From Candidatus Thorarchaeota archaeon (GTDB lineage: Archaea; Asgardarchaeota; Thorarchaeia; Thorarchaeales; Thorarchaeaceae), in NCBI GenBank assembly GCA_011364905.1, contig RDNZ01000019.1, forward strand, positions 4,354 to 48,794: 44,441 nt of DNA, read 5' to 3'. The notes below the pieces were generated by a model that ran no database searches, was not told the origin of the DNA, and saw nothing but the letters and a program-made list of their open reading frames with translations. Below, in pieces: positions 19,056 through 27,860 of this stretch. Position numbers and translations under genes: made by a program. Every line of letters starts with the position of its first letter. Within the stretch, counting starts at the first letter, position 1.

Positions 19056-19580
19056 TCAGGGCTTTCTGAAATTCCACTGGGCAAAAGAGCGGAAGTTATT
19101 CCCCTCAACAATATAGTAGGTGCGACTCTCAAAACCCCCATAACTAAGCAGACTGTGCTCAATAATTGCGCCATTCTCAAGACGATGTGCGTAAACAGAC
19201 CTCGAGATGAACTGTCTATCGAGACCCCACTTTTCATGAAGCCCCTTAATTCTCGCAATACGAACCTCCATCACGTCCCTACTATCGCGTTTCTTGGAGA
19301 TTTTTTCAACAAGCCGCATTTCTGAAACCTCAAAACCCCCTTTTCCGAGAACATATGCAAGAACTGCTTGTTTAATCGTATCTGTTCTCTCAGGTTTTGT
19401 AGAATCTCGCTCTCCTTCCAAGAGACCACTGCCGACTATTCGGACCCCAGGCGTGATAGACCGCTCGTGTTTCCTTTTTGTATAGACAGAACTATCACGT
19501 ACTGCTTTGGCACGTTTTCTAGCCTGCTCCTTTTTCTGCTCAAGTCCAGGCGGACCATCTTCTTTGTGTCTGTCCGGCAG
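19056..19580 (-). CDS. Basic hypothetical protein, probable CTG start
   Basis: Frame of the 19056..19421 ORF stays open for 53 more codons to CTG at 19580, preceded by AAGGAGG; an in-frame TGA lies two codons upstream of the CTG. Confidence 0.55.
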   Translation of the reverse strand: MPDRHKEDGPPGLEQKKEQARKRAKAVRDSSVYTKRKHERSITPGVRIVGSGLLEGERDSTKPERTDTIKQAVLAYVLGKGGFEVSEMRLVEKISKKRDSRDVMEVRIARIKGLHEKWGLDRQFISRSVYAHRLENGAIIEHSLLSYGGFESRTYYIVEGNNFRSFAQWNFRKP

Positions 19581-19707
19581 GTCTCAGAACCTCCTTGAGA
19601 TGCCTGAAGCAAAGAGATGCTGTAGATAATTCTTATCCATCAACCTAATGACTTGATATACAAACACTTAAGAGAAACTTAACTATTGATAAGTCAGAGG
19701 TTTTCGT

Positions 19708-20091
19708 ATGAATATTCTAGGTACTAAGGCGTGGATGTGGATTGATGGTATAACATTGATCATTGTGGGTGCACTGTCGCTTGTACCCGCAGCAGCCGCG
19801 ATAATACTGTTCGATGGCGGAACGGTTCTAAGTGTCATCAAGATTATAGTCGCTATAATCAATCTCGTCGTAGCAGTCAGAGAAACTGATGCCGAAATGG
19901 TCAATAGTAAGATTTGGCTCATAGCTGTAGCTTTGATTCTGCTCTTCATGGGAATCTTGCCCTTCTTCCCAGTTGCTATGGGAGCTATGGGAGGACAGGG
20001 TCTTGCAGATTTTCTCAACACAATGAAGGTCGTACTTGGTGCACTGACCCTCCTGATCATCATCGTAGACTGGTCTAAGCTTGGACCATAA
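19708..20091 (+). CDS. Small 4-TM hypothetical membrane protein
   Basis: GAGGT RBS; four hydrophobic helices in two loosely repeated halves. Confidence 0.7.
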   Translation: MNILGTKAWMWIDGITLIIVGALSLVPAAAAIILFDGGTVLSVIKIIVAIINLVVAVRETDAEMVNSKIWLIAVALILLFMGILPFFPVAMGAMGGQGLADFLNTMKVVLGALTLLIIIVDWSKLGP

Positions 20092-20102
20092 TAAAGCAGA
20101 CT

Positions 20103-20124
20103 GGTGGCACTCCTCTGTGCCACC
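20103..20124 (+). terminator. Intergenic hairpin, possible terminator or stability element
   Basis: GGTGGCAC-TCCTCT-GTGCCACC perfect 8-bp stem 12 nt after the stop; no long T tract. Confidence 0.45.
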
Positions 20125-20181
20125 TTCTAGCCAGCTAATAGAGAGGATTCTTGCTCGTACTTTCAGTAATTGGTGATTGTA

Positions 20182-20916
20182 ATGAACAGCACGCAAGACG
20201 AAATCACTGGTCTCAACCAAAAACTAAGGTCCATCATCGATCGATATAGGGATGCAGAGGGCAAGGTAAACTACTTCGCACTCATGGCGGACAAGTCGAT
20301 GGTGGCTTACGCCGAGTCTCTGGCTGATTTTGACCTGAGCACCTTGACGACAAAGGAGAAAAAACTGGCTTTCTGGATCAACTGCTACAACGCACTTTCC
20401 ATTTACGGAGTGGTTAAGAAGCTGGAGAGAGACCCCGACTTTGCTATTAAGGGGAATAAGAGCTGGTTCGGTAGGGTGCGGTTTTTCGCACTCCAGAAGT
20501 TCAATGTAGGTGGGGAAGAATACACTCTGAGGAACATTGAGAACAGCATCAGAAGGGACTTCGAGGATCCCAGGGTTCATTTCGCACTGAACTGCTCATC
20601 ACTTGGGTGTCCGCTGTTAAAGGATGGACTCTACAGCGCTGAGAATATAAATGCTGAACTGGATGCATCCACAAAGCTGTACCTCAGAAGTAACGAAGGA
20701 CTCAGATTGGACAGGGAAGAGGGGGTTCTGTATGTCAGCAAGATCTTCAAGTGGTACAAGAAGGATTTTGAAGCCACAGGAAAGAGTATCATGGAGTACA
20801 TCAGAGAGTATGCACCAACGGAGATACGTGAGTTCATTGACGAGCGGAAAGATAAGGTCAAAATCAAAAATATTGAATACGACTGGGGCCTAAACGTGAG
20901 CGAGGATGATGAGTGA
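20182..20916 (+). CDS. DUF547 domain protein
   Basis: LAFWINCYNAL, TLRNIEN, DPRVHFALNCSSLGCPLL, VSKIFKWYKKDF, YDWGLN; GGTGA RBS. Confidence 0.9.
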   Translation: MNSTQDEITGLNQKLRSIIDRYRDAEGKVNYFALMADKSMVAYAESLADFDLSTLTTKEKKLAFWINCYNALSIYGVVKKLERDPDFAIKGNKSWFGRVRFFALQKFNVGGEEYTLRNIENSIRRDFEDPRVHFALNCSSLGCPLLKDGLYSAENINAELDASTKLYLRSNEGLRLDREEGVLYVSKIFKWYKKDFEATGKSIMEYIREYAPTEIREFIDERKDKVKIKNIEYDWGLNVSEDDE

Positions 20917-21923
20917 TGGAGCGGTTCAGTGGAACCATCTTTGGCCTTAAGAGAGTTGGCAAGTATCTCACTGATGGCGACTTGAGAAAAGCCTACTCCG
21001 AATACAAAGAGTCTGAGGAAACAGCATTACGGCTCATTGTGAACACCATCCTTGCAGAGGGATGGATAATCACACTATCCAATCCAAAAACCATTGATGA
21101 GCTGGCTCAGGAGCATGGATACACAAACAAGATGCTCCTCGGAGATATCCTTACACTTCTTGTCAGAGAAAACATCGTTGGGTATTCAGGAGGAAAATAC
21201 CAAATACGCGAGGTGAGGACAGCAGCCATTCGCCCGGAAGATGTGGGCTCTGCAATGACCAATTTCTATTACGACTGCTCGAAATACCTTCCAGCAGCTC
21301 TTGTTGGAAGAAAAGTTATGCTCAACGAGGTACCAAGGGTGGTGCTTGAAACCGTATTCAGTAGCACACTGACTGAGAAGGGTCGCAGTGTTCTGTTGAA
21401 GTCATTTTCACCAAAGAAAACAAAGGAGATTGGAGTATCAGCCTTTGCTGATGTTGGTCTGCCTTTTGCTCTGAAGCAGATTGATGACATATTCAATCCT
21501 GAGAGGATTCATCTGTTTCTCCAGGACTATCGATGGTATACACCATTAAGGACTATACTGCAGTTACTATCTGAAGACAGGACGCTCGACAAGCTTGTTC
21601 CTGACCTGCTTGGTAGAAATCCGGACACTCGCCTAGACTTGTTTTACGGAGAGGAGATCTTCTCCTTTAACCACGACTCGTTCGATGAGAGGGTCAAAAC
21701 AGTTTCAGCCTACCTTCATCCGGGTGCAAGATTAGTAACAAATGACCCAACACTACCACCCGGAGAGACCGTGAGTACCCCAGCCTACGTGCTTATGCAG
21801 ACAATAGAGGGCTATCCACAACCTCTAAACCGGGACACCATTGAGAGTGTGTTTCAGAAACATTCGCTGACTGTTCAAACCATCGGTGATAACTGGGTAA
21901 TTGCAGAGAAGGGGGCTTCCTAA
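20916..21923 (+). CDS. N-terminal winged-helix plus probable degenerate class I methyltransferase-like domain
   Basis: PKTIDELAQEHG..LL..IL.LLVRENIV..GGKY wHTH; DLFYGEEIFSF..VSAYLHPGARLV resembles methyltransferase post-motif II/III; no glycine-rich motif I; TGATG overlap with DUF547 gene. Confidence 0.55.
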   Translation: MERFSGTIFGLKRVGKYLTDGDLRKAYSEYKESEETALRLIVNTILAEGWIITLSNPKTIDELAQEHGYTNKMLLGDILTLLVRENIVGYSGGKYQIREVRTAAIRPEDVGSAMTNFYYDCSKYLPAALVGRKVMLNEVPRVVLETVFSSTLTEKGRSVLLKSFSPKKTKEIGVSAFADVGLPFALKQIDDIFNPERIHLFLQDYRWYTPLRTILQLLSEDRTLDKLVPDLLGRNPDTRLDLFYGEEIFSFNHDSFDERVKTVSAYLHPGARLVTNDPTLPPGETVSTPAYVLMQTIEGYPQPLNRDTIESVFQKHSLTVQTIGDNWVIAEKGAS

Positions 21924-21924
21924 A

Positions 21925-22635
21925 ATGGTGGAGAAACGCGCAGTACGAGAACTGTTTGTGATTCATAAGAGTGGTTTACCCATCACACATGTGGGAACTG
22001 GCCACGTCCAGATTGATGATGCGCTGTTTGGGGGTTTGCTGTCGGCAATAGAGAACGTGGGTGTGAGTCTTGGACTTGATGGAGACGTTTCGCTTGATAC
22101 GATCAGGTTCAGAGCTTATGAGATGGTGTATTCGAGAACGGAGAATGCGCTCATTGTTCTTCTGACCGACCAGGACACCAAAGGATTCCTAGAGAAGGCT
22201 AAGCCCGAGCTGGAGAAGATTGGTAGAGAGATAGAAGCGGGATGTTTCATGGATGAATTCGAGATCAAGACTGCTGAGAGAACAGCAAGAATAGACTCAG
22301 TCATCACACGGCATGCAAGAACAATTTTTGCAGAGCAGGATGATGTGTTCTTCTGGGATGAAGACCATACATTTCAGCTCTGGGAGCACGAGAATGAGCG
22401 TTGGCATGGACGCACTCTTTTCAAGAACTATCTGTTGCCGTCCCCCCTCATAAAGACACTCAACCTTCCAATGGAGGACCTCATTGATATCTGTGACTTG
22501 CTAGAGGAGAAACGACGACCCTCAGAGATACTTCATCACCCAGGATTGGTTTCCAAAGATGAAGATGAGATTATGAATGCGGTGAAACTGCTTCATATGT
22601 ATGGTCTCGTCCAATGTTTCAGGTCCGCTGTCTGA
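21925..22635 (+). CDS. Longin/roadblock-like N-terminal domain plus probable C-terminal winged-helix
   Basis: ELFVIHKSGLPI...DDALFGGLLSAI...LDTIRF...IVLLTD is the pattern of Asgard longin-like domains; C-terminal DLLEEKRRPSEI...IMNAVKLLHMYGLV is wHTH-like. Confidence 0.65.
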   Translation: MVEKRAVRELFVIHKSGLPITHVGTGHVQIDDALFGGLLSAIENVGVSLGLDGDVSLDTIRFRAYEMVYSRTENALIVLLTDQDTKGFLEKAKPELEKIGREIEAGCFMDEFEIKTAERTARIDSVITRHARTIFAEQDDVFFWDEDHTFQLWEHENERWHGRTLFKNYLLPSPLIKTLNLPMEDLIDICDLLEEKRRPSEILHHPGLVSKDEDEIMNAVKLLHMYGLVQCFRSAV

Positions 22636-22649
22636 AGGATTGTTTGGAC

Positions 22650-23306
22650 ATGAGCGATGTGACTGGAGAGAGGGTTCGACATATCTACAGTACGTCTGCA
22701 CTTCACTATCAGATGCTCCTGAAGTTCTATAGGGGACTAGGAGTCAACCTGGCGAAGTGGAGAAAAGAAGCCATCAAGCGACTACCTGATCTGGAATCTC
22801 CGAGGATTCTAGATGTGAGCACTGGAACAGGAGCGAACATTCCACTGCTTGTCGACAGATATCCAGAATATAGTGCTATTGTGGGGATTGATTACACTCC
22901 AGCCATGCTGAAACAGGCAGCACGTCGAGTTCGCGACAATGAGTGGAAAAATGTCAATCTAAAACTCATAGATGCTAGAGAGATGTCCTCAAAACTTGAC
23001 GGATGCTTTGACCTTGTTTTGTCCACCTATTCTCTCTCCATCATACCACGGTCGCCTCATGTCTTGAGAGAGATAAAGAAGCTTACCTGCAAATCTGGAT
23101 TTATAATGCTCCTAGATTGCCAGAAGTTCAAAGGACTTCTAAGGATTTACAATCCTCTAGCAATCTTCCTTTCAACTAGACTGGGAGGGAACTCTCAGAC
23201 ATACTCAGTCCCAGTGAGTAAAATTGCCTCTAGGATGTTCCAGCCTGTTTCACGAAGACTGATGTATTCTGGTATGTTCTATGAAGATCTGTATAGACTG
23301 AAGTGA
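22650..23306 (+). CDS. Class I SAM-dependent methyltransferase (UbiE/PmtA-like)
   Basis: ILDVSTGTG motif I, GIDYTPAML, DAREM, FDLVLSTYSLSIIP. Confidence 0.88.
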   Translation: MSDVTGERVRHIYSTSALHYQMLLKFYRGLGVNLAKWRKEAIKRLPDLESPRILDVSTGTGANIPLLVDRYPEYSAIVGIDYTPAMLKQAARRVRDNEWKNVNLKLIDAREMSSKLDGCFDLVLSTYSLSIIPRSPHVLREIKKLTCKSGFIMLLDCQKFKGLLRIYNPLAIFLSTRLGGNSQTYSVPVSKIASRMFQPVSRRLMYSGMFYEDLYRLK

Positions 23307-23315
23307 GCCTAAGAC

Positions 23316-24113
23316 CTAGCGAGACTTGAAGACAAACATCCCATAGCCGATATTCCCTGATACAATCTGTGCCTTGATCAATCCAATTATTCGAACTGCA
23401 TCGGTCAGTTTGCCTGTTATCTCCTTGTCCACACTGACCTCTTTGAAGAACCGCGCACGACCTTTTGCTTTATCAGCCAAGTCTTCAAGCAAGTCAGAGT
23501 GATTGGAGGATGTGAGGAGGCTGAATCCCTCTTTCTTGAAGAAGTCGATGTATCCGTCAGAAGACAACGCATCAGCTATGCACGCCACCTTACCCAGGAG
23601 ACCTCTCAGTTCATCTTCCAGATCCTCATGGTTCTGAACAGTGACATCGTGTAGTCCGAAGATGCCCTCTGGTTTCAGCACTCTCCGTATTTCCTTCACA
23701 GCTTGGTCTTTGCTATAGAAAGTGCATAGTGAGCACTCACTAAAGGCAGCAGTGAACGAATCGTCGTCATAAGGAACCTTACCTGCCAGAGCCACCTTGA
23801 AGTCAGTCCTATTCTTCACTCGTAAGTCCTCGGCGAGTTGCTTTGCTGAGTCAATCATAGCTTGACTCGCATCTATCCCTGAAACTTTGCAGCCAAGGCT
23901 CCTTGCAAGATAGGTGGCAGTTCTTCCGTCGCCGCATGCAATGTCAAGGACCGTGGACTCACTGTCAATTTTCATCCTGTCCGCCATCAGCTTGCTCAAT
24001 GCAAGTCCTCCCGGATGGAAAATACCATCCAGTAGCTGTGATACTAAAGGGTGATTGTAAAAATCTCCACAGCAAACTCCCAGCTCTTGCTCGGTCTTTT
24101 CTTCATCTTGCAT
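23316..24113 (-). CDS. Cys-rich class I SAM-dependent methyltransferase
   Basis: CC..FY...LL..IFHPGG, VLDIACGDG, FSECSLC, RRVLKPEG, ACIADAL. Confidence 0.85.
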   Translation of the reverse strand: MQDEEKTEQELGVCCGDFYNHPLVSQLLDGIFHPGGLALSKLMADRMKIDSESTVLDIACGDGRTATYLARSLGCKVSGIDASQAMIDSAKQLAEDLRVKNRTDFKVALAGKVPYDDDSFTAAFSECSLCTFYSKDQAVKEIRRVLKPEGIFGLHDVTVQNHEDLEDELRGLLGKVACIADALSSDGYIDFFKKEGFSLLTSSNHSDLLEDLADKAKGRARFFKEVSVDKEITGKLTDAVRIIGLIKAQIVSGNIGYGMFVFKSR

Positions 24114-24116
24114 GGC

Positions 24117-25424
24117 TCAGTCCTCCCTTTGTCTATGGAACATATTGTAGTTGCAAAAAGGAATCATCCTTCCATCTGGTTGGATAACATGAATACAGCA
24201 CTTCTGAGCTCGCTCCAGCTGGTAAGTATGTCGGTCCATGAAGGAATGGACGGATACTATCTTGACCGATTTACCAAGCACTTCTGGAATGGTCATGCCG
24301 CAAGCCTCACAGAACGCCTCAAGGTTGCTCTCGGTTCCCGGGACTGCCCTCGTGGAGAACAGCTTGGTGAAAGCCTCATCCATCAGGACAGCCTCCTTTA
24401 CGAGCGTCCTGTCTTTGGCGTAGTCAATATACTCGTCCACATTCACAATGTCGGTGAGAGGCGTGACAGTCTTATCATCGACGAGAATGTAGGAGATTGT
24501 AGTGCAGTGAGGATGGGGACATGGGATAGGACGAAAGTCAGAGGCCTCAAGGACACCATCTGTCTGCGTTTCGATTTCCTGAAGGACTTGTGGTATTGTG
24601 GGCGAGGTGATATCAGGGAGGTTCACGCGCCCAGTGAGCGATATTGGCTGAAAGTTCACACCAAAGACCTTCTTCTGAGCCAGTGCATACTCAATCAAAG
24701 TTCCAATTTCATTCGTGTTCACCCCAGCAATCAGGGTTGGAACCAGAACTGTGGTCATGCCAAGGTTGTTGCAGATGTCGACAACTCGTTTCTTCTCCTC
24801 GACGAGATTCCTACCTCGAATCATTCTGGACACATTAGGGTCGAAGGTATCAAATTGAAGATAGATCACAGGGTCGGTCTTGGCTAGTTCTTCGGCGAAT
24901 CCCTCTTCCAGTAGCTGGAGACCATTGGTGGAGACTGCTACATCCTGGATACCAAGATGTTTTGCATAGTTTACGATCTCGATGATATCAGGATGGAGGG
25001 TTGGCTCACCGCCACTTACTTGCAGAAGTTCGGGCTCAGTCTCATAAGACACATACGCATCAATCATCCTCGTTATCTCATCAAGAGGCACATGCTCGCC
25101 TATGGAGACATCTGCAAAGCAGATATTGCAGTTCAAATTGCACTGTCCGGTGATTTCAATGATTCCCACACATGTATGCTGCTCGTGAGCAGGGCAAATC
25201 CCACAATCATCGGGGCAGCCTCTGCTTACTTCAGAGGACCACACAAGAGGCGCTGTGCCGGGGCGGTTATACTTGAGAGACTCCATCCAGTACCTGGCAT
25301 CCGTTGACACGAGGGCCTTTATAGAACCATGTTCAGGACAGGTTTTGACCGTGTAGACCTTTCCAGACTCCTCTATCTCACTGTTCTTCACAAGACGACC
25401 GCAGGTGGGACAGAGTGATTTCAT
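24117..25424 (-). CDS. Radical SAM protein of the Tes/MJ0619 (tetraether synthase-like) family
   Basis: SLCPTC..KTCPEHG, GCPDDCGICPAHEQHTC, TGQCNLNCNICFA, SGGEPTLHP, C-terminal FMD......RAQKCCIH....DGRMIPFCNYN. Confidence 0.85.
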   Translation of the reverse strand: MKSLCPTCGRLVKNSEIEESGKVYTVKTCPEHGSIKALVSTDARYWMESLKYNRPGTAPLVWSSEVSRGCPDDCGICPAHEQHTCVGIIEITGQCNLNCNICFADVSIGEHVPLDEITRMIDAYVSYETEPELLQVSGGEPTLHPDIIEIVNYAKHLGIQDVAVSTNGLQLLEEGFAEELAKTDPVIYLQFDTFDPNVSRMIRGRNLVEEKKRVVDICNNLGMTTVLVPTLIAGVNTNEIGTLIEYALAQKKVFGVNFQPISLTGRVNLPDITSPTIPQVLQEIETQTDGVLEASDFRPIPCPHPHCTTISYILVDDKTVTPLTDIVNVDEYIDYAKDRTLVKEAVLMDEAFTKLFSTRAVPGTESNLEAFCEACGMTIPEVLGKSVKIVSVHSFMDRHTYQLERAQKCCIHVIQPDGRMIPFCNYNMFHRQRED

Positions 25425-25579
25425 TCAGAGGTCACCGATACAGTATCTGGTCTATGAAAATTCGCTAATATCAATATTCATAGAACGTTCTGTATGCGAT
25501 TTTACTAGTTCGATAAAAACCAGAATAATTATGTATCATGAATCACTGTCTTCCGCTCGATGACACAGAGGGAACATCC

Positions 25580-26059
25580 ATGTCTGAGTACATTCATGAA
25601 CATCTTACAGGTGAGAAACCAGGCGGCCACCGTAACCAAATGATCTTGATGGTCATATTCTTCATAGTATGGATTATCGACTCCTTCGCTCTACGTTTCA
25701 CCACATTCCTGTGGAGTTTCACATTCTTTTGGATCTATATTGGCTTCGGAGGTATTCTTATCATTGTAGCAATTTACTTCATTAACGCATCACACAAAGA
25801 CCTCTTTGACGCGAAGGTGGATGAACTAGCAACTACAGGTGTCTTCGCTCATGTACGGCATCCAATGTATCTGGGGTCCCATCTTATCTACCTGGGACTG
25901 GCAATATCTACGTTCTCTCTTGCATCGATTGTCTTATGGGGGATAATCTTTGTTTTCTATGACTCGCTGGCAAATTATGAGGAGAACAAACTGGAGGAGC
26001 GATTTGGCAAGGAGTTCCTTGAGTATAGGAACAGCGTGAGGAAATGGATTCCAACCTAG
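25580..26059 (+). CDS. Isoprenylcysteine carboxyl methyltransferase (ICMT)/PEMT-family membrane methyltransferase
   Basis: LATTGVFAHVRHPMYLG and EENKLEERFGKEFLEYRNSVRKWIP; GAGGG RBS. Confidence 0.85.
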   Translation: MSEYIHEHLTGEKPGGHRNQMILMVIFFIVWIIDSFALRFTTFLWSFTFFWIYIGFGGILIIVAIYFINASHKDLFDAKVDELATTGVFAHVRHPMYLGSHLIYLGLAISTFSLASIVLWGIIFVFYDSLANYEENKLEERFGKEFLEYRNSVRKWIPT

Positions 26060-26065
26060 ATTGAA

Positions 26066-26506
26066 CTAGTCGCACAGCTCAAGGATTCCTTTCAAGTTCT
26101 CGAAGTTAGTATCTACACCTCGCTTGATCAATCGAGAAGCAAGGAATGAAGGGAGCTTGTACGGCAGTCCATCTTCTTTGATTGCCCCATCGAGTTTGAT
26201 GTGGGTCTTTCCATTCACAGTGTCAAACGTGTATTTGTAGGTGAATGGAGTTGGACCACTGACTGTTTGAATGGTCAGAACTCTGTTAGGCTTGTATTCA
26301 ACAACCTCATAGACATTCACGACCTTGCCAGTTGGTAGTTCACGAGTCATTTTGTATCTACACTTAGGTGGGTTCTCGCACCCATCCACCTTTTCCACTT
26401 GTCTTACAGCTGAGTTCCAATAGCTATTGTTCTCGCCCCTCGACACGTAATTAAAAACCTCCTCTATGGGGCGAGAGATTTCGACTTCTGTACTAAAGGT
26501 GATCAT
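26066..26506 (-). CDS. SRPBCC (START/polyketide cyclase-like) family protein
   Basis: VEISRPIEEVFNYV....N..WN, EYKPNR, C-terminal helix NFENLKGILE. Confidence 0.8.
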   Translation of the reverse strand: MITFSTEVEISRPIEEVFNYVSRGENNSYWNSAVRQVEKVDGCENPPKCRYKMTRELPTGKVVNVYEVVEYKPNRVLTIQTVSGPTPFTYKYTFDTVNGKTHIKLDGAIKEDGLPYKLPSFLASRLIKRGVDTNFENLKGILELCD

Positions 26507-26561
26507 TTTCTTTTCAGGCTTCAAGTTAACTATAGTTAAAAAAGCGTATAAATGTTCGGGA

Positions 26562-27242
26562 TTAGCGTTTGAGAGTCTTGGCCAAGTCCGCATATTGCTC
26601 AGACAACCGAGCATGGGATTTTGCATCCTCCATGTTGCCCTCTATCTGATAGATACGAGCGAGAAGAGAGTGTGCTGTTCGAAGACCGGCGTAGTTCTCT
26701 ATTCCACTGAGGACATCCAATGCTTGGTTCGCAAGCTCCTTTGCTTGGGAGTATAGATTCTTTCCAAGGAGGACATTCACCTTGACAATCAGAGTCCAGC
26801 CATAGACCTGAATCACTTCTCTGTTCTGGGATTCATCCTTTGCTTGAAGAATGATGTCAGCAAAATGGCGCTCTGCATCGTTTAGTCTACCCGAGTTTAA
26901 TAGTGCAACACCAAGCGCAAGTTTTGAACGAAGGATCTGAACGCTGTTCTTGGATTCTTCGGCTAATCTCAATGATTCCTCAGCTCTTTCGATTGATCCA
27001 TCCGTTCTTTCAAGATTCTCCAGAGCATCATTTATGCGCATTAAGCAGTACGAGAGGACTCTATCACGCTCTCGCTTGATCTCACCAGCATTCACATCAA
27101 TTGACTCTAGTGCTTTCTTGGCTTTTTCATACTCTTGCAGCTCCTGCTCGTGATCCTCATCCTTCAGACTTTTCCACATCGCGTCATCAATGGAGATTTC
27201 TATCTCCTTTATTCGAAGTAGAATATCATTTCCGTCTTCCAA
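26562..27242 (-). CDS. Tetratricopeptide-repeat-like helical protein
   Basis: LALGVALLNSGRLNDAERHF, LLARIYQIEGNMEDAK; start placed at TTG 27242 to avoid overlap with yjbQ. Confidence 0.7.
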   Translation of the reverse strand: MEDGNDILLRIKEIEISIDDAMWKSLKDEDHEQELQEYEKAKKALESIDVNAGEIKRERDRVLSYCLMRINDALENLERTDGSIERAEESLRLAEESKNSVQILRSKLALGVALLNSGRLNDAERHFADIILQAKDESQNREVIQVYGWTLIVKVNVLLGKNLYSQAKELANQALDVLSGIENYAGLRTAHSLLARIYQIEGNMEDAKSHARLSEQYADLAKTLKR

Positions 27243-27292
27243 CGAACATCCATCCTTTGCCTGCTTCGGTTGGTTTGCATTATACCTTTTTC

Positions 27293-27712
27293 CTATTCCC
27301 CAATAATCTTGATGAGAACCCGTTTGGACCTGCGACCATCGAACTCTCCATAGAAGACCCGTTCCCAAGGACCTAGGTCGAGCTGACCTTTGGTGATGGC
27401 TATGACGACCTCACGACCCATGATCTGACGCTTGTGATGCGCATCTCCATTGTCTTCGCCGGTCCGGTTGTGTTTGTAACGATTTATGGGCTCATGGGGC
27501 GCAAGCGCCTCAAGCCAAATCTTGTAGTCCTCGTGGAGACCGCTCTCATCATCATTGATGAAGACGCTGGCAGTGATATGCATGGCGTTGACGAGACAGA
27601 GACCCTCTTGGACCCCGCTCTCCTTCACGGCATCCTGCACATCAGAGGTGATGTGAACGAAGTCCATCCGAGTTGGTACATTGAAGGTAAGATACTTCGT
27701 ATGACTTTTCAT
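27293..27712 (-). CDS. yjbQ: YjbQ/UPF0047 family protein
   Basis: [39 protein letters not shown]; GGAG RBS. Confidence 0.92.
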   Translation of the reverse strand: MKSHTKYLTFNVPTRMDFVHITSDVQDAVKESGVQEGLCLVNAMHITASVFINDDESGLHEDYKIWLEALAPHEPINRYKHNRTGEDNGDAHHKRQIMGREVVIAITKGQLDLGPWERVFYGEFDGRRSKRVLIKIIGE

Positions 27713-27860
27713 AATACTCCCATTTACGCTATCCTCTGAAATAGATTAGCAATTTCTGAAAACATGATGCTATAGATGAAGTTTCTAAAACCCTCGCATT
27801 TTGAACCTAAAGCAGAGCATATATGGTCGAAGTGTTTTGTTATACAGCTAGGTCCAGTTC

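Noticed and set aside
18732-19325. 197-aa + strand ORF
   Set aside because: Overlaps two better-supported minus-strand genes; no RBS or motif support
24051-24887. 278-aa + strand ORF
   Set aside because: Almost entirely antisense to the motif-rich radical SAM gene; no recognisable motifs; shadow ORF
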